A DNA stretch of 64,000 nucleotides. It comes from an uncultured archaeon. GTDB lineage: Archaea > Asgardarchaeota > Thorarchaeia > Thorarchaeales > Thorarchaeaceae. The notes under the pieces were generated by a model. That model did no database searches and was not told the origin of the DNA. It saw only the letters and a program-made list of their open reading frames with translations. The stretch is taken from assembly GCA_964610875.1 (NCBI GenBank), contig CAZSWP010000005.1, positions 1-64,000 of the forward strand. Direction: 5' to 3'. How positions within the stretch are numbered: position 1 is the first letter of the stretch; the number at the start of each line of letters is the position of its first letter. Shown piece after piece: positions 48,409 through 58,304 of this stretch. A program made the translations under genes and the position numbers.

Positions 48409-49698
48409 ATCACCAACAAAATCAGTCTCGAAATCATTGATGGTGGAGATCTTCGAGGTTATGCACATCTACATCCAGCAACAGCGGAATCTCTTGAAGC
48501 CGAGATTGGGTCAATTGTGATTTTTGAAGATCCAAACAGTAGTTTTTGGGGAGCATCTGAGATAAGAAAAAATGATGAGGTTGATAAAGACAAAATCATT
48601 ATTGATTCACTTGTTCTTGAAGCGTCCTTACTTATGGAAGGAGACACAGTGGAAGCCGTTCTCTATGATAGTGATATGATTGCTCTCGATTATGTTGAAT
48701 TTGGTCTCAAACCACTCACAGAAGATGCCAACACAGATGACCTAGTATCACGAGCTGCAAAAGAAGTTGAATCACTAGAGAAACTGATTGGAGGTCGTCT
48801 AGTCTATCCAGGAATGTCATTTAATTGGGCTGATTTAGATGTTAAGGTCGAAATTATGAATACAAGACCAAATCTTGTAGGAAAGAGCTTTGCAAAACTT
48901 GCATTTGAAGCACTGAAGGAACGAACAGGTTATCAGTTCAAAACGGTGGGTATTGCAACTCCCTTTAATGCGATTCTTTGTATTGATACAAGTGGCTCCA
49001 TGAAAACCACAGATGTTCCAGTTCAAGATATTGCACATGCAAGGGAGGGACTAAAAGACCTTGCAGGAGACAATCCAGAAGTTCAGGCATTCCTAGACAG
49101 ATTTGAAGAGGGGAGAAATGTGAGTAGAGCTGAAGCTGCAGCAATGGCGGTTCTGCTTTACTTAGCAGAAAAAGTAGGAAGAGGTTACGGCGAAAAAGTT
49201 GCGGTCATCACCTTTGAGAAAGAGGTTTCAGAGATGACATTCCTAAACTCAGACACAGGAGAGGTGATGCCATTTGTCGAATGTACAGGAAGAGAGAAGG
49301 CATTGGGTCTGCAAATAATCAGCACACATGTTGTTGACAAAGTTGAAGAGGGGGGAACACTCACAAATATGGGCAGTGCTCTGGAGAAAGCTCATGACAT
49401 CCTTGAGTCTTTTGGAGACCCCACAAAGCCAACAATGCTTATACTTCTCACTGATGGAATGACCACTACTGGTCCACCACCATTAAAACTCCTGAAAGAC
49501 AAATTCACCGATAGAAGCCGCATCGTATTATACACCATTGGTCTTGGAGAAAGAAGTGAGATTGATGAAGAATTAATGCTTGCCATTTCTCAGTATGGTA
49601 ATGGTAATTATAGACATGTAGATAATATGAGAGATCTTCTCGAATGGTATGGACGGCTAGCTAGTGAATTCGCAATTGTGGTTAGAGAATCAAACTAG
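48409..49698 (+). CDS. CDC48 N-domain-like + VWA fusion protein; probable non-AUG (ATC) start
   Basis: In-frame upstream RGYAHLHPATAESLEAEIGSIV; second psi-loop IIIDSLVLE..LMEGDTV; MIDAS DTSGS, GTLT, LTDG. Confidence 0.75.
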   Translation: MTNKISLEIIDGGDLRGYAHLHPATAESLEAEIGSIVIFEDPNSSFWGASEIRKNDEVDKDKIIIDSLVLEASLLMEGDTVEAVLYDSDMIALDYVEFGLKPLTEDANTDDLVSRAAKEVESLEKLIGGRLVYPGMSFNWADLDVKVEIMNTRPNLVGKSFAKLAFEALKERTGYQFKTVGIATPFNAILCIDTSGSMKTTDVPVQDIAHAREGLKDLAGDNPEVQAFLDRFEEGRNVSRAEAAAMAVLLYLAEKVGRGYGEKVAVITFEKEVSEMTFLNSDTGEVMPFVECTGREKALGLQIISTHVVDKVEEGGTLTNMGSALEKAHDILESFGDPTKPTMLILLTDGMTTTGPPPLKLLKDKFTDRSRIVLYTIGLGERSEIDEELMLAISQYGNGNYRHVDNMRDLLEWYGRLASEFAIVVRESN

Positions 49699-49703
49699 TA
49701 ATC

Positions 49704-51017
49704 TTATCTCGGTTCAAGAGCTTCAGCTAGACCTTTGAGTGTATCAACGTCCATTTCTTCAATCTGCTCTTCAGGTATTCCATCCAACATGTCTTGGGGT
49801 AAAGTTATCAGAATTTTCGCTTTCTTCACACCATATTTCGATACAAAATACTCTTCACGTGATTCTTGATCAGAAGGACCAGTACTTTCTTCTAGAAGCT
49901 CTTCGATCTCTGCTTTTTTCATCCGCTTCAATGTACTTGGTGCGATTTCTTCCTTTACTTCATCGGGAAGGGATTTAATAAGCTCCTTCTTAGTTTTTGG
50001 TGTGTCATCAGATTCTCTAAAACTCTTTTCTTCTTCAGACATCTCTTCATCATCAGTTGCAATCAGTGCCTCCAAATCTTCAATACTGAGTTCGTTAAGA
50101 GCTCCCTCTGGCAAAGAATCTTTGACCTCATCTGGAATCTTCTCAATCAAATCTTCTCTTGATTTAGTCTTCTTTTTAGGGACTTTCTTTACCTTTCGAA
50201 CCTTCACTTTCTTCTTTTTCTTCTTAGAAGGAGGCTTCTCTTCTGGTTCTTCCTCTCTCTCAGGGAGTGACTCCTTAAGTGAGTCCACTAGTTCTCTTGC
50301 GGTCTTTACAGTCAATCGACGCATATCTTCAGGAGGGAGTGTTTTACGAATCTCCTCAGGTAACTCCGCGAGTATTTCTTCGACTTCATGAGAAATACCG
50401 GTCTTTGCCGAGGGGGTAGTAGTAGCAACTGAAGGTACTTCTGCATCAGGTAGAATTATAGGACGTGCTTCAAGTTCTTCTTCTAACATTTGAGTATCAA
50501 TTTCAACATTCTCAAATCCTTCACTTTTCCATCGAAGAAGTTTGTTGATTGCTACTTCACTTAATTTCAGACCCGAAAGAAAGAGTTGTATTTCTTCATC
50601 AGTCATATCTGGAAAGTCATCTAAAATTTTATCAATGTCTTCCTTAGGAACTCTTGCCCAAATTGGACCGTTCATCAGTTTTGAGAGACCTCGTGCACAA
50701 TGAGAACGTACCCAAGTGTTTGAATCCTTGAGACCTTTAAGAAGATTAGGAACTGTTCTTGGTTGATGATAGAAAGCTAAGGCTTCAGCAGCAGCAATTC
50801 TAACATCCTCTTCATCATCAGAGAGAGATTTTACTATCTCGTTTACTATCTCAGGATCGCCAAGATCAATAGATGCAAATAAGGCGCGTTCTCGAACAAC
50901 ATCGGAAGCGTCTCCAAGTGCACGAATAAGTTCTTCTCGTGCTTTCTTGTTTTCTCTCGCTTTCTTTGCTACAACTTCCGTTTCGAAATCCAATAGTAAC
51001 CTTCTGGTTTCTGACAA
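49704..51017 (-). CDS. HEAT-repeat protein with four C-terminal ~30-aa LP(E/D)E repeats
   Basis: D.SDVVRERA, DDEEDVRIAAAEAL, DSNTWVRSHCARGL; poly-Lys linker; repeats. Confidence 0.8.
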   Translation of the reverse strand: MSETRRLLLDFETEVVAKKARENKKAREELIRALGDASDVVRERALFASIDLGDPEIVNEIVKSLSDDEEDVRIAAAEALAFYHQPRTVPNLLKGLKDSNTWVRSHCARGLSKLMNGPIWARVPKEDIDKILDDFPDMTDEEIQLFLSGLKLSEVAINKLLRWKSEGFENVEIDTQMLEEELEARPIILPDAEVPSVATTTPSAKTGISHEVEEILAELPEEIRKTLPPEDMRRLTVKTARELVDSLKESLPEREEEPEEKPPSKKKKKKVKVRKVKKVPKKKTKSREDLIEKIPDEVKDSLPEGALNELSIEDLEALIATDDEEMSEEEKSFRESDDTPKTKKELIKSLPDEVKEEIAPSTLKRMKKAEIEELLEESTGPSDQESREEYFVSKYGVKKAKILITLPQDMLDGIPEEQIEEMDVDTLKGLAEALEPR

Positions 51018-51210
51018 CGGCCTGTTCTCCCAATTTTATGAATATTCTTTTGTATACATCTATCATGAATCGATGTATCACAAGAGGTCGAATTGTATCA
51101 ACTACTTAAATCAGTTGGCTCTATGTATATCCTTTTTGTATGAATACGCAATACACAGAAAATATCCCTCTGAAAGAAGATACTTAAACAAGGGAGAGTT
51201 CAGCTCGCAC

Positions 51211-52053
51211 ATGGCGTTTGAAATGGATTCTCAGAGAGAGCTGAATACAGTTAGGATAGTGCTCTTCGTATTTGTCATGTTTTTAGTTGTAGAGTTCTAT
51301 CCTGTGATAACAGGTCTTGTAGAAGGCACAGAAGCGTACGGTCTTGTGGCAACAGCAGGTTTCTTCCTTCATTTCTTCTTCATGTATATTGCAGTAATTG
51401 GGTTTCTGAAGTGGGAACAATCCACTTCAGAATCCAGACGTCCATTAACAACCGATGATCTTGGAGCTAGCATTGACGATCGAAATTTTCTAAAGAATTT
51501 GATAATCGGAGCATTAGCAGGAACTATCGCGGCTGGGTCAGTTTTAGTTATTGCAAGTATATTCAATGCCGATTTGCGACCACTAAATGAAATCACAGCT
51601 GACTTAATTCTAAATCAGATAATAATCACTATACCAACTGCTTTCATTGAGGAACTTGCTTATCGCGGATACATGCTAACAAGAATGAGTAGACTCTGGG
51701 GACGAGGCATAGGAATAATAGTCAGTTCTGTGGTATTTTCTTTGTTTCATTTTAATTGGTGGTTTCCATTGGGAACAGTACCTATGCTATTGGTTGGCTT
51801 GTTCACATTGAATCTGTTTCTTGGAGGTGTGGTGCTTTCAATTGGTTATTTCTACTCCGGAGAGAAACTATGGTTGCCAGTGGCATTTCATTTCATGTGG
51901 AATATGATTGCATATCTATTCTTTCTGAATTATCCGAGAGATACTGTATTGATGCCTGAAATCTTTCAAATTGAATGGGGAATTACAACAGTAATAGGAT
52001 TCCTGATAGGGTTAGTTGTAATAATTCTGGCTTTAAGAACCTCAAAGAAATAA
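51211..52053 (+). CDS. CPBP/Abi intramembrane metalloprotease
   Basis: EELAYRG, FSLFH, HFMWN. Confidence 0.88.
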   Translation: MAFEMDSQRELNTVRIVLFVFVMFLVVEFYPVITGLVEGTEAYGLVATAGFFLHFFFMYIAVIGFLKWEQSTSESRRPLTTDDLGASIDDRNFLKNLIIGALAGTIAAGSVLVIASIFNADLRPLNEITADLILNQIIITIPTAFIEELAYRGYMLTRMSRLWGRGIGIIVSSVVFSLFHFNWWFPLGTVPMLLVGLFTLNLFLGGVVLSIGYFYSGEKLWLPVAFHFMWNMIAYLFFLNYPRDTVLMPEIFQIEWGITTVIGFLIGLVVIILALRTSKK

Positions 52054-52086
52054 TATTGGAGTGGGTATTATGACCTACCCACTCTT

Positions 52087-52794
52087 CTAATTCGTCATTG
52101 ACGCATCGGATTCTCGTGAAACAATCATTGTCATGCCACTAATACCTAGCACTGCAACTTTTTCACCAGAACTAATTGGTGGTCCAGTTGTTCTTGCCCA
52201 CCAGATTTCCGCTCCGAATTTCACCTTTCCTCTTGGATTAATATCTGTGATAGCCTTGACTTCACGGAATTGCCCATAATTCCATTCAGGCCACTTATCA
52301 TAGTCACGAAGGGCAAACCAATAGATCGCCATAAGACATACAATAGTACCCGTCATGATGTATACTGTTGTACGAAGTGTTGGGTCAACGAAAGCTGAAA
52401 CAATGATAGCTAATCCATAGACCGGAAACAGCTTCAATGCCACTTTTGCATCCACAAAGCCGCCCTCTAGGACTCCGCTTCCGCCAGTAAACATTGCGAA
52501 CATCAGATACAGCATGATTCCAACGATTATCAGCATCCAAGGCTCAAATGTGAATGTGGGATTGAGAAAAATCTGGAATACGAACAGGATAATAATCAGT
52601 GGTACAACGACTTGTGCCATCGCTTTTCCTGATGCGGGTTCTAATGTTACTACAAGGAGTGTAAGTAGCACTCCAAGAAGAATCAATCCCATAAAGGGAT
52701 TCATTGTGATTATCCCGACAGCTAACCCAAGAGCTGACATTAGCATTAGAACCACGAATATTTTTACCCAAGCGTCCATTTCTCTTTCCACCAA
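52087..52794 (-). CDS. NfeD-family membrane protein
   Basis: Multi-TM + OB domain GKVKFGAEIWWAR...GEKV; adjacent to SPFH gene. Confidence 0.8.
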   Translation of the reverse strand: MVEREMDAWVKIFVVLMLMSALGLAVGIITMNPFMGLILLGVLLTLLVVTLEPASGKAMAQVVVPLIIILFVFQIFLNPTFTFEPWMLIIVGIMLYLMFAMFTGGSGVLEGGFVDAKVALKLFPVYGLAIIVSAFVDPTLRTTVYIMTGTIVCLMAIYWFALRDYDKWPEWNYGQFREVKAITDINPRGKVKFGAEIWWARTTGPPISSGEKVAVLGISGMTMIVSRESDASMTN

Positions 52795-52809
52795 CCACTA
52801 ACAAATTGA

Positions 52810-53637
52810 CTATTCATCTCTGCCTTTATTCTTTGGCAACCTCATTCCACCAGTACCCGCAGTCAGCGCTGCAGCAGTACCTACTGTCGTGCCTACCTCA
52901 GGAAGGTTAGTTGGAACCATTATGATAAGATTAGCATTCTTGCTGATCTCCTGCATGATGTTCCATGTACGCAGTACAAAACCGATGTTTGATTCTTCAT
53001 ACATTCGAGCTGCCTTGAGCATAGCTTCTGAAGATTCAAGCTCTGCTTGTGCGAGAGTTATCCTTGCTCTCCTTTCTCGCTCTGCCTGAGCTTCTCTACT
53101 CATAGCATCTTGCAATTGAGTCGGAATTACAACATCACGTATCTCAACAGCAGTGACTTTAACACCCCAGTGTTCAGTCTTCTCATCAATGAGTTCCTGC
53201 AAATGAGCTGCAATTTTATCACGCTCTGAAAGCAACTCATCAAGTGTTACTTTGCCATTAGTTTCACGGAGTGTGGTCTGTGCAGCAAGCTCCACTGCGA
53301 TTGTGTACCGTTCTACACTCAGAATTGCTAATTCAGGGTCAATCACTCTGAAATACATGACTGCGTCGACGACAACTGGAACGTTGTCTTTGGTCAGCGA
53401 CCGTTCTGTCTTGAAAGCATATGTCTGCAATCTCAATGATACTCTCATAGCTACTTTATCCAATAATGGCCATACCCAGATAATACCTGGGCCTTTTATG
53501 TGCTTGAATTTGCCAAGTCGGAGAATTGCGACACGCTCCCATTCCTTCAACACCTTGATTCCGCTAGCAACGAACATCAAGAGGAAGAAACCTATTACTA
53601 CAAATACAAATGTTAATGCAAATACATCCAGCTGCAA
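52810..53637 (-). CDS. SPFH/band 7 stomatin-like protein
   Basis: EWERVAILRLG, TKDNVPVVVDAV, AQTTLR, EAQAERERRA. Confidence 0.92.
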   Translation of the reverse strand: MQLDVFALTFVFVVIGFFLLMFVASGIKVLKEWERVAILRLGKFKHIKGPGIIWVWPLLDKVAMRVSLRLQTYAFKTERSLTKDNVPVVVDAVMYFRVIDPELAILSVERYTIAVELAAQTTLRETNGKVTLDELLSERDKIAAHLQELIDEKTEHWGVKVTAVEIRDVVIPTQLQDAMSREAQAERERRARITLAQAELESSEAMLKAARMYEESNIGFVLRTWNIMQEISKNANLIIMVPTNLPEVGTTVGTAAALTAGTGGMRLPKNKGRDE

Positions 53638-53780
53638 TATCGTGTTACTCCCAAAAACCTAATTCACTTTAGGTTCACAAGTGAACGGTATAGAAACTCC
53701 CGTTCTAAGTAACCATTTACGTGAAGGCTTATGAAGTTTAACACTTCTCTCATTTTCTTGACAACAATTTTGATCTTCAG

Positions 53781-54584
53781 CTACTTGATGTCCTCATCTA
53801 ATTCCAGTATTTCTGTTTCTGGATTCAGTCTGAGTGGAAGACCAAGACCAATCCGAATAGCACTAATTGATACCGCTGAAACAACCAATGTAGCAATAAA
53901 AGCCCCAATAAAACGCTCAATGGGATACACGAAGGTAATGGGTAGATAAATCGCAGCCAGGGCCTCGACATTAAAACCAGTCACAAAGACAAGATAGTAC
54001 ACTGTTATTGCACTGCCTATAGAACTATCAACAATTAACCCTGTAAGTATTACAAGGAATAGAGCTGGGGCGGTTAGCGGTTTTACTAGATCTGGATGTA
54101 AATCAAGTAATGAATACAGTTTTGCACCGATTGGGGGGATGATTATAGGAATGTTCACAAGGAACATGACTACAAATAGCCATACGTAGATTATGGTTTG
54201 TTCCCCAATGGGACTAACAAGATAGAGAAGCGTTGATACAGCCAAGAACAGAGGACTAACCCACATTTTCATTTCTCTAAAGGACCCGACTGAGATTGCA
54301 CATGCAGTAGGAGCTAGTGTTGGCACGATTGGACCAAGAATACCACCCAAATTGAAAACACCTACACCCAATAAGGAACCAATGAAAACAGAGATTGCCC
54401 CATAGATTGGACCCAATAGAAAGCCGATTACTGGGGCAGAGATCATTCCCCATGTAATGAAGCCTCCACCTGTCCCCAGTACACTATAAGGAATCAATGA
54501 CATTACTGTGTGAAAAGCGGCAAATATGCCTACTAAAGCCCATGGATATGCTTTTGAATCAACAAAATTGGACAAAGAATACAC
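53781..54584 (-). CDS. ECF S-component-like membrane protein
   Basis: IFAA..., GFLLGPIYGAISVFIG, YPIER; 7-8 TM. Confidence 0.6.
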   Translation of the reverse strand: MYSLSNFVDSKAYPWALVGIFAAFHTVMSLIPYSVLGTGGGFITWGMISAPVIGFLLGPIYGAISVFIGSLLGVGVFNLGGILGPIVPTLAPTACAISVGSFREMKMWVSPLFLAVSTLLYLVSPIGEQTIIYVWLFVVMFLVNIPIIIPPIGAKLYSLLDLHPDLVKPLTAPALFLVILTGLIVDSSIGSAITVYYLVFVTGFNVEALAAIYLPITFVYPIERFIGAFIATLVVSAVSISAIRIGLGLPLRLNPETEILELDEDIK

Positions 54585-54882
54585 CTACTCCATGTTGATG
54601 GTTTGCAATCCTAGTATGATATAACGTTTCCTAAAAAAACGGCTCTGTAGAAAAAGTCTGGTCTATGTCAGATGGAATCATCATTTAGCTTACAATATCT
54701 CAATAATTCACAAAATAACTACATAAATCGTCTAACAAAAGGGGTATAATCTAAATGATATCCGAATTATTCTACAGAGCCTAAAAAAACACAAATCGAA
54801 TGAGAGGAATAACTCGAGCAGGTGTGACTATTAGAACGAACGCTTCAGATGGAAATATGGTATCAGGGCCTATCAAGTGGCA

Positions 54883-55803
54883 TTAAATGCTCCTTAATGC
54901 TCTCGCCAACCCATCAGACTCCACTTTAGACTTGATGTCGATTTCCTCTGATTCAGCCATCTTCAGAAGCGGAGGCATAAGAGCCATCTCGATTCCAATA
55001 TGCTTTGCCAGCTGGGTTTCTTTTAGTTTTGCGTCAGACACTCTGAGGATCTCTTTCAACTTTTCATATGCATAATATATCTTAGATAACTCGTTCTTCA
55101 GTTTGAAAGAACCATCTTTATCATCAAGGGATTCTTTCACCATATTCTCAAAACGATGAATGTCAATCTTCATCCCTTCATAGATATACTTACGTTCTTG
55201 AAGATCATAAATGCAAGGTTGTCTATCTTTTATGGAGGGGATTTGAATGTGTGGAATAGTATGAAGTGCAAGATCTTGATTTGTGAATAAATCAGATATT
55301 CTACGCAAGATTTTGGAACCTGTATCGGGGTCGTCATGAATCAAGTACACAGGATTTGAAAGAAGGATTTGCATTAGCAGATTTCCGAGAACTTTTACAT
55401 TCTCCTTTTTTCCTAAGCCAAAAGAATCGAGTAGTTCGGGGAGATTGATATTAGCGCTTGCAGGTAATTCTGGCGCTGCTTTTTCTTCGGCAATCGCATC
55501 TTCACCCTCAGCAACAATCGCATAAGGATATTCGATTCCTCGCACAGTAAGATTTCTGTCAAGATAAACCATAATCGCGTGAGGGGGCTCACCATGCATC
55601 GAAACGAGAGGTGTGATTACAGTAGAGATGGCTCTAAGCTTAGTTACGTCAACAAGAATTCCTATATTCCTTTTGCATATCTTGCAGAACACGAAGATTT
55701 CTGTTGAATCCGAATCATGAGCACTATCTGTGGACAAGAAAACACCTGCTAAGTTGTGCGTTTCCATACAATTGAATTTTTCCATTTCGAAGAAGCCCAT
55801 CAT
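54883..55803 (-). CDS. Hypothetical protein with N-terminal CxxC...H..H...D..LxVRG metal-binding domain
   Basis: CKIC, HGEPPHAIMVYLDRNLTVRG; start may be TTG ~55737. Confidence 0.7.
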   Translation of the reverse strand: MMGFFEMEKFNCMETHNLAGVFLSTDSAHDSDSTEIFVFCKICKRNIGILVDVTKLRAISTVITPLVSMHGEPPHAIMVYLDRNLTVRGIEYPYAIVAEGEDAIAEEKAAPELPASANINLPELLDSFGLGKKENVKVLGNLLMQILLSNPVYLIHDDPDTGSKILRRISDLFTNQDLALHTIPHIQIPSIKDRQPCIYDLQERKYIYEGMKIDIHRFENMVKESLDDKDGSFKLKNELSKIYYAYEKLKEILRVSDAKLKETQLAKHIGIEMALMPPLLKMAESEEIDIKSKVESDGLARALRSI

Positions 55804-55845
55804 TTCATACTATAGGATTGAGGATAATAGGCTTCTTGCGGATAT

Positions 55846-56535
55846 TCAAGTTGGTGGTTGTCTGAGTACAGCTATTGCTAGCAATAGCATACCAATCCCG
55901 CCCAAGGGAGGATTGAGGAATGCGGTCACAGGTGATAGGAAGGTCACCTGTCCAAGGACAACTAGAGCCCAACCAATCAAGAGGCTAAGAGCTTTTGTCC
56001 TATAGAAGGCTTCAGTTTCGCGTATTACCATCTGAATGAGGAGTATGAATGTGATAGCAGCTGTAGTCAGAATAAACACGAGTACGAGAGCGTAATTCGG
56101 AATAAAGGGACTAAGAGAGTAATGAGCTAACGAATCATCAGTGAATGTATAGACTGCATCAGAAGTTAGCGTAACGAAAACCTCTGCAACTAGCTCGATT
56201 GCTACCACTGCTAGTATTGCTTTGTAGACCTTCTCCATTAAAGTACCTTCTTTCTGTTTTATTAAAGGAAGGACAATGAAAAATGTGAGAAGCGTTGCAA
56301 GCATCATTGGGGCAATCAAGGTAAACCTGAATAATAGGATATCCTCAGGTTGACTTGCAGTATAGAAACCTCGTGCAAAGAACATGACTCCAGTAATTAC
56401 GTAGGTCAATAAGAACAAAGAAAAAATCAAAGTTAAGAAATTCCTCTCGGTGATGTATCGACGGAGCGTCAATATGAAACAGATACCAAGAAGAATTGAA
56501 CCGAGTAGAAATGTGAAATGTACTATTCCAAACAT
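55846..56535 (-). CDS. Stand-alone 7-TM membrane (sensor-like) protein
   Basis: Seven hydrophobic segments; GAGGTG SD before MFGIVH. Confidence 0.7.
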   Translation of the reverse strand: MFGIVHFTFLLGSILLGICFILTLRRYITERNFLTLIFSLFLLTYVITGVMFFARGFYTASQPEDILLFRFTLIAPMMLATLLTFFIVLPLIKQKEGTLMEKVYKAILAVVAIELVAEVFVTLTSDAVYTFTDDSLAHYSLSPFIPNYALVLVFILTTAAITFILLIQMVIRETEAFYRTKALSLLIGWALVVLGQVTFLSPVTAFLNPPLGGIGMLLLAIAVLRQPPT

Positions 56536-56763
56536 CGCAAACACCTCAATAATAATAAACATCGATTTACTTACGTATAGATGTTTTCCTGATATCATAT
56601 ATAGGGATATCAAGGAATATCAGACCACTCTACACAATTTACTCCTCGCGGAAAATTGATCTTTGTAACTCGCCTACTTCAGTAAGATCTAATCGGATTC
56701 TTTTCAGTATAGTATGATTGTATAAAGTGAAAATTTGATAAGTAGAAGCATCGAGATTTTTAT

Positions 56764-56838
56764 TGGCGGTTTCGATGAGGCATAGGTCTGATTCTGAGCT
56801 TCGGCTATGACGAATCGGTGAGCAGCTGAGAACCACCA
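56764..56838 (+). ncRNA. Putative box C/D guide sRNA
   Basis: C-like UCGAUGA 56772-78, D' CUGA 56794-97, gcUUCGgc loop, C' AUGACGA 56807-13, 12-nt guide, D CUGA 56826-29, terminal stem. Confidence 0.65.
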
Positions 56839-57099
56839 CTTCCTAAATAGCAAGAAGTAATCATAATGCTTCTTTGATTCTAAATATTATCCATAATCCT
56901 TATTTTTTAATTTTAAAATACCATAATTCCTAATATCTATAAGGGCTCAAACCTAATTTACCTAAGGAAAACGTAGGTATAGAACGAGTGACGTTCGGAC
57001 CTGTCAATTATCAGACAGGTAGTGACAATCAAAAGATTCAGACAGTATTCCCCCTACTTTTTTCTCCAAATATCTGTCTGATAGAAAGGTGAAAGTAAA

Positions 57100-58096
57100 T
57101 GTGTGAGAAGAAAATGATCAGTGTACCAGTACCAGTTAGCGAATGGCCTGAACTTGATAGAAATGGAGCCATAGTGAGTAGAATGACAGCGGAGCCCAAC
57201 CAATGACACTTATGAGCAGCGAAGAGATCACAAGAGCCTTCTTTGATGGAGCGGATGATGATACTCTGAATGTTGAGCCAATCCACATGCGAGCATTGAT
57301 CGAGAAGTGTGATGCATACATCTTCATCCGATCACCTATGAACATCACAGCCTTAGCGAATGTCGATCCAAAGAAGATACTATTGCAGAACAAAGCGAAT
57401 CAGGAGATTCAGGCAATCCGATTATCAAAGAAATGGTGCTTGACAGTACATCCATGTCTTACACTTGCCCAGCAAGCAAACATGAGTATGGACGAATACC
57501 AGAACTTCGTCTACGGAGCGACACTAAACGATTGGAAGGAAGAAAGCAAGAATTTGTATTTGATGAAAGAGCATCTAGAAAGACACAATGACATTCGATT
57601 CATTGGTCCTGAAACGGATCTTTACGCGAAGACTGAAGGAAGAATATGGATTGCTTCAGATGGAAAGCATAACCTTCCTAGTGGGGAAGTTTTCACAGCA
57701 CCAATCGAGGATTCTGTCGAGGGTAAGATATACTTCGACATTCCATTCCTCCAGCAGGGAAAGGTCATTGAAGGGGTCAGATTGACCTTTGAGAAGGGAG
57801 AAGTAGTAGACTTCTCATCAGAGAAATCAGAGGAAACCCTCAAGTCAATAATAGACACTGATGATGGTTCTCCTAGGCTTGGAGAGATGGCTATCGGCAC
57901 TAATCGAGGCATCAAGCAATATACACTCAACATGCTCTTTGATGAGAAGATTGGCGATACCATTCATTGTGCACTAGGAAGGGCTTACAAGGACTGCAAT
58001 GGAGTGAATGACTCAGCTATACATGTAGACATGATAAAGACAATGTTCGATGGCGAGGTTATCGCTGGCGACGAAACCATATATTCGAAGGGTTGA
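57100..58096 (+). pseudogene. M29 (AmpS/thermophilic metallo-) aminopeptidase, N-terminus disrupted and C-terminus clipped
   Basis: NLPSGEVF, LGEMAIG, LFDEKI, HCALG, SAIHVD intact in 57203-58096; in-frame upstream GAQP preceded by several stops. Confidence 0.7.
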
Positions 58097-58290
58097 TAAC
58101 TGATTCGCCCATTGTATTTCTTTGCGATTCTAACACTCTGAGTTATACCAATACCACCAAATCTCCTCTCAGAATCGAAAAGGCCACCCACAAGATGAGA
58201 TGGAATGTCAGGACCGTTGTCAGCAATTGAAATGAAAAACTCGTTTTCGTTGCAACTGAGTAACCGATTAAAAAGCCAAAGATCGCCTTT
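58092..58290 (-). pseudogene. Histidine kinase HATPase_c fragment
   Basis: FISIADNGPDIP...LFDSERRFGGIGITQSVRIAKKYNGRI; no start and no H-box. Confidence 0.75.
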
Positions 58291-58304
58291 GCCACATATA
58301 TATT

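Noticed and set aside
50947-51210. N-terminal extension of the CPBP ORF
   Set aside because: Overlaps the divergent HEAT gene start and promoter region; better start at ATG 51211 after GGGAG
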